Source: Octopus vulgaris | Lineage: Eukaryota | Reading direction: 5' to 3' | NCBI GenBank assembly: GCA_951406725.2 | Contig: OX597835.1 | Coordinates: 41,230,001 to 41,294,000, forward strand | Length of the DNA stretch: 64,000 bases | Shown here: one piece after another, positions 11,046 to 24,575 of the stretch | How the letters are laid out: every line of letters starts with the position of its first letter | Numbering within the stretch: position 1 is the stretch's first letter | Made by a program: the position numbers and the translations under genes | Notes under the pieces: model-generated | Told to the model about the DNA's origin: nothing | Database searches by the model: none | The model's input: only the letters and a program-made list of their open reading frames with translations

Positions 11046-12332
11046 TCACAATCTGAGTGTAGAAGTCGTTGTTTAGACCCAGATCATCTTACACTGAGAA
11101 AATCTTAACATCAAAAATATTGCAGATATGACCCCTATGTCTGTTCAGGGATGAGTGAGAATACATTATCGGTCGTGTCCTATCCTTATTTTTAGGCAAA
11201 AGTGTGATTTGAGGGAGATTTTGACTATTATTTGTACCTTTCATTAGTTTGTGGGGGCGTGAGGTTTTACGTTAAAGTTGGCGACTTGTTTAATCACAAT
11301 AATGTGAATATCTATGAATGACTGTGAGTATGCATGTGTAATGAGCGACGGATATGACCCAGGGGCGCCCACTGCGTGGAAAATATTTAGTGAAACACAG
11401 AGCGGACACGCTTAATGCGGTGGACAAGAGGAGAGAGGGGTCAGCATCTGAGAAAAACGTGGGTGTATTGATCTCGTTGATTATCTCCAGGTCATGCCCG
11501 ATTGAGCAAACAAATAATCAAAGGTGTTCTAGCCGTGACCACCCGTCTTATGGCCAACCCATAGTCTATCTAGGAATGCATTATTTAATACATTATTCCC
11601 TTTTCCAGGAGGTAGAGTTCCGACAGTATCTTCTGTGGGTAGGTTGTCTTTTTTGCTCTCACCTCGCTCTAGATCGGTTCTGATCGAGCAGGCCGTTGAT
11701 CAAAGACGTTCCAACCTCGCCGTCTTTGAGTACATTATCCAATATGCCCCCTTTTAAGATGAACGGGGGTGAATTGAGAGAGATCTGACAGCGGCTCACC
11801 CACGTTTGCGGGGGGGGGGTGTTATGTTTCGCTCTGATTGAATGGCGTTCCAGCCGTGATCATCCAACTTTTTGTACATCCACTAGCGTGATTGTGGTGA
11901 TGGTGGTGGTGGGCACTTTTGGGTTTGCTGTACGCAATATGTTTTTCATGGGGTCCGAGGTGCGGCAAACGGAAGGGCTGGCCCGGGCATCAGACACTCT
12001 GGATGGTAGTTGATGATTTAAGGCATGTTAGCTGCTATTCCTAACAAATCGATCGACCGACTGGTGTCGCTTGGAACTAAAGATGAACATTGAAGGGGAA
12101 CGGGTTTATAGCAGGTGAGAGAGATAGGGAGAGAAAGAGAGAGAGGGAGAGGGAAAGAGAGAGAGAGAAAGAGAGGGAGAGATAGTGAAATACAGAGAGA
12201 AAAAGAAGAGAGCAATGATAAATGGAATTGTAAGAGTAAATAGTAAAATGAATGGAGAGGAAGCTGGAGAGAGAGAGAGAGAGAGAGAGAGTGTAAGAAG
12301 AAACGAATGAGAAGTGTGAAAGACAGACAGAC

Positions 12333-12421
<89 letters not shown>

Positions 12422-12989
12422 CAAAGAAGAGGAGAAGGGATAAGAGAAAGAACAAGTGTATAGAATGAGAGAGAAGTATAGAAAAGGTAAAAAGGATGAC
12501 AGAGGAGAAGAAAAAAGAAAGAAGCATCAAATAAAAGAGAGAAGGAGGAAAAATTATACAGAAAAGAGAATTATAGAAGGTAATAGGAGAGAAGAAAAAG
12601 AGAGAAAATGAAAAAAAGTATAACAGAGAGAGAGAGAGAGAGGAGGAGAAAGAAAAAAGTTACAAAAAAAGAGTCGTAGAGAGGATGACCGTGGAGAAAA
12701 AAACGAGTAAAAGAAGCAAGAAATGAAAGAGAGAGAGGGTGTAATATAGAAAGAGAGAGAGAGAGAGAAAGAGAGTAGTATTGAGGATGAGAGAGGAGGG
12801 GGGAAAGGAAAAAAGTAGAATTGTGAAATAAGGAGGAGGAGGAAGAAGAAGGAGGGGAGGAAGAAGGAAATATAGGAGGAGGGGGAGGAAAAAGGAAATA
12901 TAGAAGGAGGAGGAGGAGGTGGAGGGGAGTAACATTAAAAGTTATCACCGAATAACTTTTTTGCAAAGAGTCTCGTCTCGTTCCAAACG

Positions 12990-12997
12990 TGACGTCA
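12990..12997. promoter_or_regulatory. Palindromic CRE site (TGACGTCA) in a CpG-rich unique region; E-box/CRE-like cacgtgac..tgacgtga at 13314-13333
   Basis: Motif matches upstream of candidate splice donors at 13133 and 13465. Confidence 0.3.
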
Positions 12998-13350
12998 AAC
13001 CTTTATTAATCTTTCTTCTCATTAAGAATATTAATATCGTCATTTTCCACAAAGTTGTGAACATCGTCGTCACAACCACTACTTACTTATTCTCTCTTTT
13101 TTTACTTTCCATAAATCTCGACTATTTGTGGCGTAAGTAAAAAAAAACAAACAACAGGAAAGCCCCCAACCTCGTCATCATCATTATTATTAATTATTAC
13201 AATTATAATTAATAGTTGTTAATTTGTACTTACTAGTAATTACTAGTATTTTTAAATTTTTTTATTTATTGTTGTCGTTTGTTGTTTGTTGTTTTTGTTT
13301 GACTGGAGCCACCCACGTGACCAGTGACGTGACATTACGAGATATCAACA

Positions 13351-13464
13351 ATGACTTCGGGAAGGAGCGGCAACAACAATCACAACAACAAGGATAGCTG
13401 TATCGGGAACAGCATGGCTACCTCGGGCGTCACTGTTGTTGGCCAGGAGGTCGTTATCTACGAG
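13351..13464 (+). CDS. Candidate first coding exon of an unknown gene (MTSGRSGNNNHNNKDSCIGNSMATSGVTVVGQEVVIYE)
   Basis: ATG in aacaATGa context, 38 codons, strong phase-0 donor GAG|gtaagc, unique GC/CpG-rich sequence; no homology recognised. Confidence 0.4.
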
Positions 13465-15876
13465 GTAAGCACCGACGTTTCTCTTCACCACTTTGCCGTT
13501 ATTATTATCTTTATTATTGCTGTTGTTGTTGGTTCCGCGGATTAGGCCCTCCACGCCCCCGCGCTAATCCTCCCTGTCCCGGTGTCTGTCACCCGATTAA
13601 AACCCCCTTCAAGTTCTCTTATAATTTCACTGACAACTGTTAAATAAAAAAAAAACATCACCCTCCAATACCTAACTGGTACTATTTTCATCCACCCTCG
13701 GAAAAAAAATAAAGTTAGTTGTCCTCGGCAGGATTCGAACTCAGGACGTAAAGAACCATAGCAGAACGTAAAGAACCATAGCACGACGCTCTATTAATTC
13801 TGCCATTTCATCGTCCTCACATCAATTTATGTCTCTTATACTTTCTGGAGAAATGCATGAACGTCTCACCGACTCTTTTCTCTCTTCTTTCCCTATCAAT
13901 TTAGAGCTTTGGCCCTTTGCGAGTCCCCTCCCCGCCATCGTTAATGTTCAAACCCCACCAGGGTCTCGACTTGGCATCCCTCATCTTCTGAATCAATAAA
14001 ATAAGGCCCACAGCAACTTTTTGGGGGTCTCTAAGCCTTACTTTCATTTTTTATTGTATTCCTGCTTCATACAACAGGAATTACAATTCTGAAAGAATTT
14101 TGTGTCCCCAAATATTTGAATTTTAAAAAGTGCTCTCCCTCCCGCCTCCGATTTCCTTTTCCTTCCCCATGCGGTGGGGACAGCTGTTCCCCAAAGTCCA
14201 TCCTTTCATCCTTCTGGGGCTGATAAAATAGAGTAAGTATTGAGATCGATATAATCAATAATAATATGCCAGAATCGTTAGCGCGTCGGACGAAGTGCTT
14301 GGGGTCGATTAAATAAGTACCAGTAATGCACTGGGGTCGATATAATCGACTTAATACCTATGCCTGTCCTTGTTTGTCCTCTCTGTGTTTAGCCCCTTGT
14401 GGGTAGTAAAGAAATGGGTATTTCTTTCGACACTTTACGAGTTCAAATTCTGCCAAAATTGATTTTTATCTTTCATCCTTTCGGGGTCGATAAAATAAAG
14501 TAACAGTCAAGTATGGAACCCCAACCCTTTAAAATTGCTGGCCCTGTGCCAAAATGAGAGAAAAAATGCTATTATTGTTATTGGTAATCACCAGAAATGT
14601 AAACGATACAGTTCTTGAACTGGATCTCATGACAACTTTTTTTTTCATGACCCTCTGCTGTTGAAAACCACTTAATAAGTGTCGTTCTTTCAATCTAACA
14701 CACACTGAAATGTCACGGACGTCACCATCATCCCATGCCTTCGTTCCATTTTACTAAATAATTCTGAAGTTATATAGTTTAAGTTATTGGTTATATATGT
14801 TTGTCTATAAAGAAATAAATATCTGTGTACATGTGTTGTTCATCTTCGGTATGCCTTGTCCATATTTCCTTTCCTTCCCAAATAAAATCTGTTTCTGTCA
14901 ACATCGTCCCCAGAGGCAGGGCGGGTGTCTTTCACTGTTTTTTTTTTTTGTTGTTGTTTCGTGTTTAGTCTTGTTCTCTGACCCCAGATCAGCTGTCACT
15001 GAGCAAACTCTATGACCGCAAGCGTTACAGGCGTGACCAACTCGTCTTTTATTCAGACATTGTATTGGGGAGTTAGATTTGGCTGCTATTTCTTGATCGC
15101 ATGGAAGTTCTCTTGGCTCAAAATGTTGTATATCTGCATATTATTTATATATTTGATTGTTGTGTTTTAGCCCTAGGCTAGCCTCGATTGAGTAGACCCA
15201 TGATCAAAGACGTTCCAGTCGTGGTCATCCCGCTTTGTATTCAGATATAGTATATCGACGACTATATTATCCGTTCCGATCTGTCCTTTTCTAAAGATGG
15301 TAGGATGCGATTTAAAAGAAAGATATAGTTGCTATTTCTAGCGGGATAGGCAACCACGTAGGGACCTTCCTTCATTGATTCGTCGATGTGTTTGTATGTT
15401 TATTCAGATTCTGCTGTTAGTGTGGTCGTGTTGACTCGTGTGTTGAGGTTTTGTGCGTGTGTACGTGCACCCTATCTTTAATTCACCTTGCCCACAGCCC
15501 TTTTACCGTCATAAGTTTATGTCCCTCTGAACCACTGGTGCTGTGTCAACATTGTCCCTAAAGACAGGGCGGGTGTCCCTTGTAGTTTAATTAGTTTCTG
15601 TCAGTTGTGTGTGTGTGAGCGTGACCGTGTGTTGGTGCGTTGACTTAAGATGTTTTGTTTCTAAGTTTCATTTGTTTTTGTTTGTCATGTGTGGTGAGAT
15701 GTGTGCGTGCGTTTCAGTGTCTAACCGATTGCAGTCCCTATGTTTACAATTATGTGTTTTCCTACAGCATTAGGGCATTTTAGCTCTTATTTCTAGCAAT
15801 GTAGATGTCCTGACACCCTTAGTCGCATATAATGACAATTATATTTTTCCTTTATGGAAACACATTGCGTATGGCT

Positions 15877-15934
<58 letters not shown>

Positions 15935-15937
<3 letters not shown>

Positions 15938-16106
15938 AGATCGTTGGCCACTACACACATTTTTTTCTCTCCTTGTTTTTTCTGTGTCCCTTTCTGAAGA
16001 AGAGCGTAGGCTCGAAACGTAAAAGACTTTTTCTATTCCTGAGCGTTATACTAATACATCTGTTTGTTTTGTACACCACCTGTCTTCGTCTTTTGTTTTT
16101 TTTCGT

Positions 16107-16110
<4 letters not shown>
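15935..16110 (+). mobile_element. Short Penelope-like pLTR element between (TA)n and (TC)n(TA)n
   Basis: Same family as 1945-2781 and 41025-41222 (ccacctg.cttc.tcttttgttt). Confidence 0.7.
15990..16025 (+). ncRNA. Minimal type I hammerhead ribozyme with canonical core
   Basis: CUUU CUGAAGA A GAGC guag GCUC GAAA CG UA AAAG; cleavage triplet GUA. Confidence 0.75.
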
Positions 16111-16191
<81 letters not shown>

Positions 16192-16859
16192 GAGTGTGTA
16201 TATATAATTGCGTGTGTGTGTATACAGATACACGCGATTGCTTTTGTGCGTGTATATATGTAAAAGACAGAGATATGGTCGTCGCTAAACACACATGTAT
16301 CAAGCTACGATGCTGTTGTTTATATATATATATAAACCTATTTATAAAACTCCTAAATTTTATTCCCATACATGAATTCAAACACTACCTTTAAGCTAAT
16401 TACATTACACACACACACACAAACACGCTTTGATTTGCCGAAACTCGTCGCGGTTGATTTATCCTCACAGAATTTATCCTCAGATACAAGACATAATCAC
16501 ACGTTCACATACCAATACAGACACCACACTTACACACACACACACACACAACCCCCTACTTAAAGCGAATCGCATATTATTACTACAGTGGGATGCCAAA
16601 CTTAATCATAGTCGATCAAACAACATTTGTCATGCACATAGTCAAACAATTAGGTCATACACTTATAAAACAGGCAGACAAGATACGCAGCCCAGACTGA
16701 TATTCGCGTCTAGAAGACACGGAGAATATATATATATACCGGTACACACACACACATACACACATGCACACACACACTTATATACCCAGCGATAGACTCC
16801 TCCTCCCCATATTTATGAATGCATGAATATATAAGTGTATAAATGTGCACACTACACAG

Positions 16860-16986
16860 ATACATATATGTATGTGTATATATATACACAAGTATATACA
16901 TACATGTGTGTATATATATATGTATGCATATATGTTTGTATATATATATACACAAGTATATACATACATGTATATATATATATGTT

Positions 16987-17024
<38 letters not shown>

Positions 17025-17076
17025 AGTATATACATACATGTGTATATATATATATATATAAGTATGCATATATGTT

Positions 17077-17118
<42 letters not shown>

Positions 17119-17230
17119 AGTATATACATACATGTGTGTATATATATATATATATATGTATGCATATATGTTTGTATATATATGTATATATATAGGCGCG
17201 TATATACATACATGTGTATGTGTGTATATT
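16860..17230. repeat. Compound minisatellite: cacaagtatatacatacatg / gcatatatgtttg motifs separated by variable (TA)n
   Basis: About four repeats are visible. Confidence 0.8.
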
Positions 17231-17842
17231 TATATTATATATATGTATACACACACATACAAAAGCGTAATCATATTACACACCCAAAATATAACCGGAG
17301 ACCCCAGAATGGCCTCACTAAACACTCAGTCACCAGATGACATCACACATATTAACAACAACAATAATAGAGAAACCCACCCTACAAATAACGCGCGCAC
17401 GGAGAGGTATTATTATTATTATTTTTTTATTCATTTAGCCCAGGGGAAGGAGAGCCGGGCCCAACGCTCTGGCATGCTCCCTCCCCTCCCGGGACATGCA
17501 AATATAACCACCCGTATTCGTTGGGTAGATTGAGCACACACACTAAAACACAAGGCATTCACCCACACTCCCCAATGCACTCTAGTTAAACAAACACTCC
17601 CTGTAGTCAAATACTATCACACGTACACGCAAACAATTATACGCGCGCTAAGTCAAACACTGCTACGTTTACACATTAGTCAGATGTTATCGCATACACA
17701 CACAAACGCTATAACACACACAACCGCTAGTACACACACACACACACTACTGAAACACAGTCACATGTAAACCCCAAACAATATCAAACACGCTATTCAC
17801 ACACACACATACACACACACACTCACTCACTCACTCACTCAC

Positions 17843-17923
<81 letters not shown>

Positions 17924-18584
17924 CAGACCTAATACCACTCGTCGCCCAAATACTATCTCACGTAGTTGTCACAGCAACACACACACACAGTTGTAAACAT
18001 AATCACATACTCATGAATGATGCACACACACACACACACACACACACACAGGGTCATGAATGACACTCGCATACAGTCATAAATGATAGTCAACAATGCC
18101 AACACACACACACATACTTTATGCACACACACACATGCGTACTTTATGCATACATACATACACACACACTTTACTATACACTTATTTACTTACTACAAAG
18201 TTTATGTCGAATCAATGAGGCAACCTCTACATGTTCATTTATTTTGCTCGAAATAGCAACCAAATCTCCCCCAGTTCACATCCTACTGATAAGACACATT
18301 ATATATTGTTGTTTTAACAGACTCAACAAAAAAAAACAAAAAAAGGGGGTTAGTCGCGGTTGAAATATCTTTAATCAAGGTCTTCTTTTCCCCCTCTTAT
18401 TCTGTTGTACTTCTATTCATATCCGGAATACATTACAAAAATATAAAATTGACCTCGGCAGGATTTGAACTCCGAACACAAAGAGCCATAACTCTAAATA
18501 CTGCCAGACATTTTATCCGATGCTCTTACGATTCTGCCAATTCACCTCCTTCATGGCAAAAAAAAAAAAATAAATAAATAAATA

Positions 18585-18648
18585 GCTGACCAAAGCCTTG
18601 TGAGTGGATTTGGTAGACGGAAACTGAAAGAAGCCCATCGTATATATG

Positions 18649-18717
<69 letters not shown>

Positions 18718-18928
18718 ATATGTTTGTGTGTCTGTTTGTCCCTCTAGCATTGCTTGACAACCGATGCTGGTGTGTTTACGTCCCCGTTACTTAGCGATTC
18801 GGCAAAAGAGAACCGATAGAACAAGTACTGGGCTTACAAAGAATAAGTCCCGGGGTCGATTTGCTCGACTAAAGGCGGTGCTCTAGCATGGCCGCAGTCA
18901 AATGACTGAAACAAGTAAAAGAGTAAAA
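18585..18928 (+). mobile_element. SINE family B, 5'-truncated
   Basis: ccttgtgagtggatttggtagacggaaactgaaagaagccc..cagtcaaatgactgaaacaagtaaaagag. Confidence 0.85.
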
Positions 18929-19424
18929 CAGTAAATAGAATAAAAATCTAAAAGGCAACTAAAACCAAATTCGTTTTTCTTGAGGGCAATAATTGTTAAG
19001 GGTGCCATTATTTTTTTAAAATGGCATTTGGACCCTTGAACCCCGGAAAACCACGGCTGGTTGTTGGTGTTGTTATCGTTGTTGTTCTCCTGCGGTTTCC
19101 ACAATTCCAACCCCGCTCCCTCTCAATATCCGTTTCCAATCATTTTCATCTCAGTGAGGCGGGAAGTGCGCTGCCGAGTTTCACTTCTCAGTTGGAACCG
19201 CTTCGCTTCGCTTCACATCGCTTCATTTCACTTACGTTGCTTCTTTAAATCTCATGGGAAACACTTCAAGCTTAACTCTTCCCCATACGCCACCCACCTC
19301 AGCGCCACTAAAGACTCGCAGATTCGTTACAGAAGGTGGTTGTTTAGTCTCCGGTCAGTCAGTCCTGATTGAGCAAACCTTTCCAGCAGTGACCATCCTG
19401 TTATATCTTTCTCTTTCTTTCTTT

Positions 19425-19800
19425 CTTTTACTTGTTTCAGTCATTTGACTGTGGCCATGCTGGAGCACCGCTTTTAGTCGAGCAATTCGACCCCAGGACT
19501 TATTCCTTGTAAGCCTAGTACTTATTCTATCGGTCTCTTTTACCGAACCGCTAAGTTACGGGGACGTAAGCACACAAGCATCGGTTGTCAAGCGATGTTG
19601 GGGAGACAAACACAGACACACAAACATATACATATACACATACTACATATATACGACGGGCTTCTTTCAGTTTCCGTCTACCAAATCCACTCACAAGGCT
19701 TTGGTCGGCCCGAGGCTATAGTAGAAGACACTTGCCCAAGGTGCCACGCAGTGGGAATGAACCCGGAACCATGTGGTTGATAAGCAAGCTACTTACCACT
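19425..19800 (-). mobile_element. SINE family B
   Basis: Reverse complement of the family B consensus. Confidence 0.85.
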
Positions 19801-20129
19801 GCATTGTTAAACGTGTTTTCTTTTTTAAGTCTGTAGGCCGTGGTGATTTCATGAGATTTTGTTGTTATTTCTTGCAAGGCAAACGACTACGTAAGAGACT
19901 CTATCTTTAACTCGTAGAGGCTGTGGTTGACATCAGAATCGGGGCATGTCGACAGAATCGTTAGAGCAGTGTTTATCTCGGCTCTTTACGTTCTCGGTCC
20001 AATTCCTACGAGGGTCAACTTTTTATTTCAAACTTTCGGGGTCAACAAAGTAAGTAAAGTATACGAGTGAACAGTGTCCACTGGCCTTGTGCCCACATTA
20101 GAATCATTATTAAAGGTGAAGGTGTAGTT

Positions 20130-20399
20130 TGTGAGATATTTGTTGTTTTTTTCTTCAATTTCTGCAATATCAACCAATCAATGACGTCTATTGAGGTAAA
20201 AAACATTCTGTGCCGTATGAATATGTCCCTCGTTTAAGAAACAGATTGGGTTTATTTACATTTGTGAAGAAAAAAAGATACCTTCCCCCCACCCCTAACC
20301 CAGATAGAAATGCAATAGATCGATACTAGGGTCATAATTATGGGTGACAATTTCATATGACACCGCTAGAAAAAACTGCCGTTCAAACCGAAAAGATCT
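20130..20399. mobile_element. Partial MITE of the GGATCTTTTCGG-TIR family
   Basis: Ends aaaaactgccgttcaaaccgaaaagatct; internal sequence matches 36119-36536. Confidence 0.8.
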
Positions 20400-20523
20400 G
20401 TAAAAGACAATCTAGTATTGGAATCGATTTAATCTACAAACTACCTCACCTCAAAATTGCTGGCCTTGTATCCAGATTAGCCCCTCCCACAAAATTTCAG
20501 GCCTTGTGCCTATAGTAGAAAGG

Positions 20524-20559
<36 letters not shown>

Positions 20560-20608
20560 GCTACTACTAATACTACTACTACTACTACTATTGTTGTTGT
20601 TGTTATTA

Positions 20609-21064
20609 TTGAGTGAGAGAGCAGCGGCATGCCATCAAAGGGACACAAGGGTTAGGGTTAAATATACGAAGCCCAGTATACTCCTCATAATTACCTGTCT
20701 GATAAGGGTACACCAGACACATGCATCACAACCATATGTGCGCCACATGGCGATCTCATATCAAGATAAACAGCGCATGACCTGTTAAAATTTTCGTTAG
20801 GTCGAGTAGCCCATTCCGCTCAAAAAGGTCCCTGAATAAAGGCTATTTAAGGGTGTTGGACGAAATTCCCATGTTTCCAGAGGTGAATTATCCAAACCCA
20901 AAAGAATTCCTTTCAACACACGGCTATGATGCTCCCCCACTACTTCTGCTCGTGATCAGAGATGCTCATATCGTCAGTCAATAACGGACATGCTCAACTA
21001 GTTAAGGTCAAACAACTGACAGGCAAATCTGTGCTACTGAACAGAATATTTGCTGTAGCCCACC

Positions 21065-21065
<1 letters not shown>
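20609..21065 (-). repeat. Non-coding interspersed repeat flanked by (AAT)n-type tracts
   Basis: Second copy at 1-163; on the minus strand it ends ..ctctctcactc followed by aataataacaac. Confidence 0.75.
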
Positions 21066-21140
<75 letters not shown>

Positions 21141-21143
<3 letters not shown>

Positions 21144-21962
21144 TAGTTATATTTTTATAGCGTGCTTTCACTTCACTACCGAGCGCAGCTCTGTGTGCCT
21201 TGGGTATGTGCTGTGATTTGTTGTGATGCTCTGATGGTTATTGTATGGAAAGTGTTCTGCGTAGGATGTGTGCAGTGCCTAGTAGTGCGATTTTCTGTAT
21301 GTTATATGTGTTTGTAAGTCCTGGTGTTTTTGTTATGTATTTGTCTGAATATTTTTTTATCATGCCTAATGCACCTACTATGATAGGAATTGTTTCTGTT
21401 TTCAGATTCCACATTCTAGTTACCTCTATTTCCAGGTCTTTGTATTTTGAGAGTTTCTCCATTTCTTTTAGAGACACGTTGTCATCAGCCGGTATTGATA
21501 CATCAATTAGAAAGCACTTTTTTTCCTTCATGGTCTTTGACAACTATATCTGGTCTGTTGGCCTTAATTTCTCTATCTGTGTGTATCGGCATATCCCAGA
21601 GTATGGTTGCTTTCTCGTTTTCTGTGACCTTTTCTGGTGTGTGCCTATACCATCTTTTTTCTGTTGTTATTCCATAATGTTGGCATAGCTTCCAATGTAT
21701 GTAGGTTCCAACTCTGTCATGTCTGTGAATGTATTCCTTCTTAGCCAGGACTGGGCAGCTAGAGATAATATGATTTATTGTTTCTTGTCCATCTCCACAT
21801 ATTCTGCAGTTACTTGTAATATTTCTTTTCATTACATGTTTTTGGTAATTTCTGGTGGGGAGGCTTTGGTCTTGTGCTGCAATTAAAAATCCCTCTGTTT
21901 CTGCTTTGAGTCCTGAGCTTCTCAACCATTGCTGGGATTTTTCTTTGTCTATTTCTTTTGCG
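21141..21962 (-). mobile_element. 5'-truncated R4/Dong-clade non-LTR retrotransposon (CCHC finger plus restriction-like endonuclease) inserted in (TAA)n
   Basis: AAQDQSLPTRNY, CRICGDGQETINHIISSC, RHDRV, NRPDIVV, IDVSIPAD, EKLSKYKDL, IPIIVGALG, QKIALLGTAHILR; one frameshift near 21515-21530; (TTA)n on both flanks. Confidence 0.9.
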
Positions 21963-22019
<57 letters not shown>

Positions 22020-22625
22020 TCTTGGGTCAAATGTATAGAGACAGGGTGCTTGGCACCTTGATTGTTGCCGTGTTCACAGCCCTCTGCCATTCGGCATTCT
22101 ATAGGGGATTAATGGCGGGTAAGAGTGACGGGGTACTTGGGAAAACTGTGGGCATCGAAGGAGATCAAGTGGACGGTTTTTCTGAAAGACTTTTGGGCCA
22201 GGGCTAATGGATAACTCCTAGAAATCCCTGGCCTGGTAGGGCGTCCGTTAGCACTTCCAGTTCGAGAGAAGCTCAACAGGCACGGGAGTGCTGTCAGACG
22301 GGCTTGTCCAAGAGTGACGAAACCGTTCTGCAATGCACTTGTGTAGGGCGAATCCGGTTATCGGTTGAGTCCATCAGGAGGATCGTCACGTTGCTTTCCT
22401 TCAGAAGGGAACGGCAAGCAGTTTTCCTCTGTCTGGTGGCCATGGCGACAGAGGTAGTGTGGTGGACGAGGTTGAAAGGATAGAAGATAGATACTATCCT
22501 CTTCAACCAAGTCTTCATTGATTTTTTTCCTTTCAAGTTACACGTTGAAAGATGGGTGAAAGTGGCGAGAATGGCCCGTATGAATGGGTTGACTCTGACC
22601 ATGGCCCGTAGGCCGAAGGAGAATT
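22020..22625 (+). mobile_element. Degenerate L1/Tx1-clade ORF2 C-terminal fragment
   Basis: Manual translation of pieces: ALPVREKLNRHGSAVRRACPR, SDETVL, FLCLVAMATEVVWWTRLKG; frameshifted. Confidence 0.6.
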
Positions 22626-22659
22626 TTATTGTTAATAGTTGTTTTATTGTTTACAAGTT

Positions 22660-23068
22660 AGGCGCAGGAGTGGCTGTGTGGTTTACCAGCCACATGGTTC
22701 CAACCACATGGTTCAGTGTCACTGTGTGGCACCTTGGGCAAGTGTCTTCTACTATAGCCTCGGGCCGACCAAAGCCTTGTGAGTGGATTTGGTAGACGGA
22801 AACTGAAAGAAGCCCGTCGTATATATGTATATATATATATATATGTGTGTGTGTGTGCGTGTATGTCTGTGTTTGTCCCCCTAGCATTGCTTGACAACCG
22901 ATGCTGGTGTGTTTATGTCCCCGTTACTTAGCGGTTCGGCAAAAGAGAACCGATAGAATAAGTACTGGGCTTACAAAGAATAAGTCCCGGGGTCGAGTTG
23001 CTCGACTAAAGGCGGTGCTCCAGCATGGCCGCAGTCAAATGACTGAAACAAGTAAAAGGGTAAAAGAG
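22660..23068 (+). mobile_element. Near full-length SINE family B
   Basis: tRNA-like head ggcgcaggagtggctgtgtgg..ggttcagt, body gcaccttgggcaagtgtctt, internal (TA)n(TG)n, tail gtaaaag. Confidence 0.9.
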
Positions 23069-23494
23069 TCAAGTGTTTTGTGTCAAATTACACTGTCCGC
23101 TGTTTTTATCTCGTCCTTTTTATTCCTATGTGCAGCCTTTGTGGCCAGCAGAGAGAGAGAAAGAATTGTCGTTGTGGTTGTCATCGTCGTGGAATGTCAG
23201 AATGTTTTTAGTTGAACCGAATGTCTCGTCGTAGTTCGTTCACTTTACATTCTCGATTCAAATTCTGTCATGCATTTCACCCCTTTGTGGTAGACGAAAT
23301 ACTATATGATATGATAAACGACAAGCACAATGGGCAGGTCGTTCACTTACTTATGCTCCTCTCCCTTCCAAACCTGAAGTCCTTGGGTCCATTTTACAAA
23401 GCGTTCTGGGTTCAAATGACGCTGGACTCAATTACACTCTTCATATTGTCCAGCGTCTGTCAAATACGTATCAATCAGCTACTGGATCGATTAA

Positions 23495-23890
23495 GGCGGC
23501 GAGCTGGCAGAATCGTTAGCACGCCGGGCGAAATGCTTATCGGTATTTCGTCTGCCGCTACGTTGTGAGTTCAAATTCCGCCTTTCATCCTTTCGGGGTT
23601 GATAAATTAAGCACCAGTTACGCACTGGGGTCGATGCAATCGACTTAATACCTATGTCTGTCCTTGTTTGTCCCCTCTGTGTTTAGCCCCTTGTGGGTAA
23701 TAAAGAAATAGGTATTTCGTCTGCCGCTACGTTCTGAGTTGAAATTCCGCCGAGGTCGACTTTGCCTTTCATCCTTTCGGGGTCGATTAAATAAGTACCA
23801 GTTACGTACAGGGGTCGATATAATCGACTTAATCTGTTTGTGTCATTGTTTGTACTCTCTGTGTTTAACCCCTTGTGGGTAGTAAAGAAA
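23495..23890 (+). mobile_element. SINE family A, dimeric (head plus two body units)
   Basis: Head ggcggcgagctggcagaatcg; the body restarts at aaagaaata|ggtatttcg (23711). Confidence 0.85.
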
Positions 23891-24169
23891 GAGATATAAT
23901 CGAGCATACCTAGTGGTGTAGCATGGGCGAGGCCACAAGTGTGGTTGTCCTAAGTGCAAAATTTCCAAAGAAAAAGTAGTAATTATAAATACGATAATAA
24001 ATATTAAAAAAAATAGCGGGCCTTCGCGCAATCTTAGCCCTACCCCCCGGGCATTGACAACCCATTCTTATGCGACTGAGAATATCTTAAATCCTAATTT
24101 GTAAGATTGGTCGGTAGTAACATTTCTTGAAAGGTGGTCGAGAGTGGCAAACATTGTCCAAATGAATCG

Positions 24170-24385
24170 GTCATTTGACTGTGGCCATGCTGGAGCACCG
24201 CCTTTTAGTCGAGCAAATCGAACCCAAGGACTTATTCTTTGTAAGCCTAGTACTTATTCTATCGGTCTTTTTTGCCGAACCGCTAAGTTACGGGGACGTA
24301 AACACACCAGCATCGGTTGTCAAGCGATGTTGGGTGTTGGGAAGCGATGTTGGGTGTTGGGACAAACACAGACACAGAAACGTAT

Positions 24386-24432
<47 letters not shown>

Positions 24433-24575
24433 CGACGGGCTTCTTTCAGTTTCCATCTACCAAATCCACTCACAAGACTTTGGTCGGCCTGGGGCTATAG
24501 TAGAAGACACTTGCCCAAGGTGCCACGCAGTGGGACTGAACCCGGAACCATGTGGTTTGTGCTACTTACCACACA
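24170..24575 (-). mobile_element. SINE family B
   Basis: Reverse complement of the consensus, with a small internal duplication aagcgatgttgggtgttggg. Confidence 0.85.
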
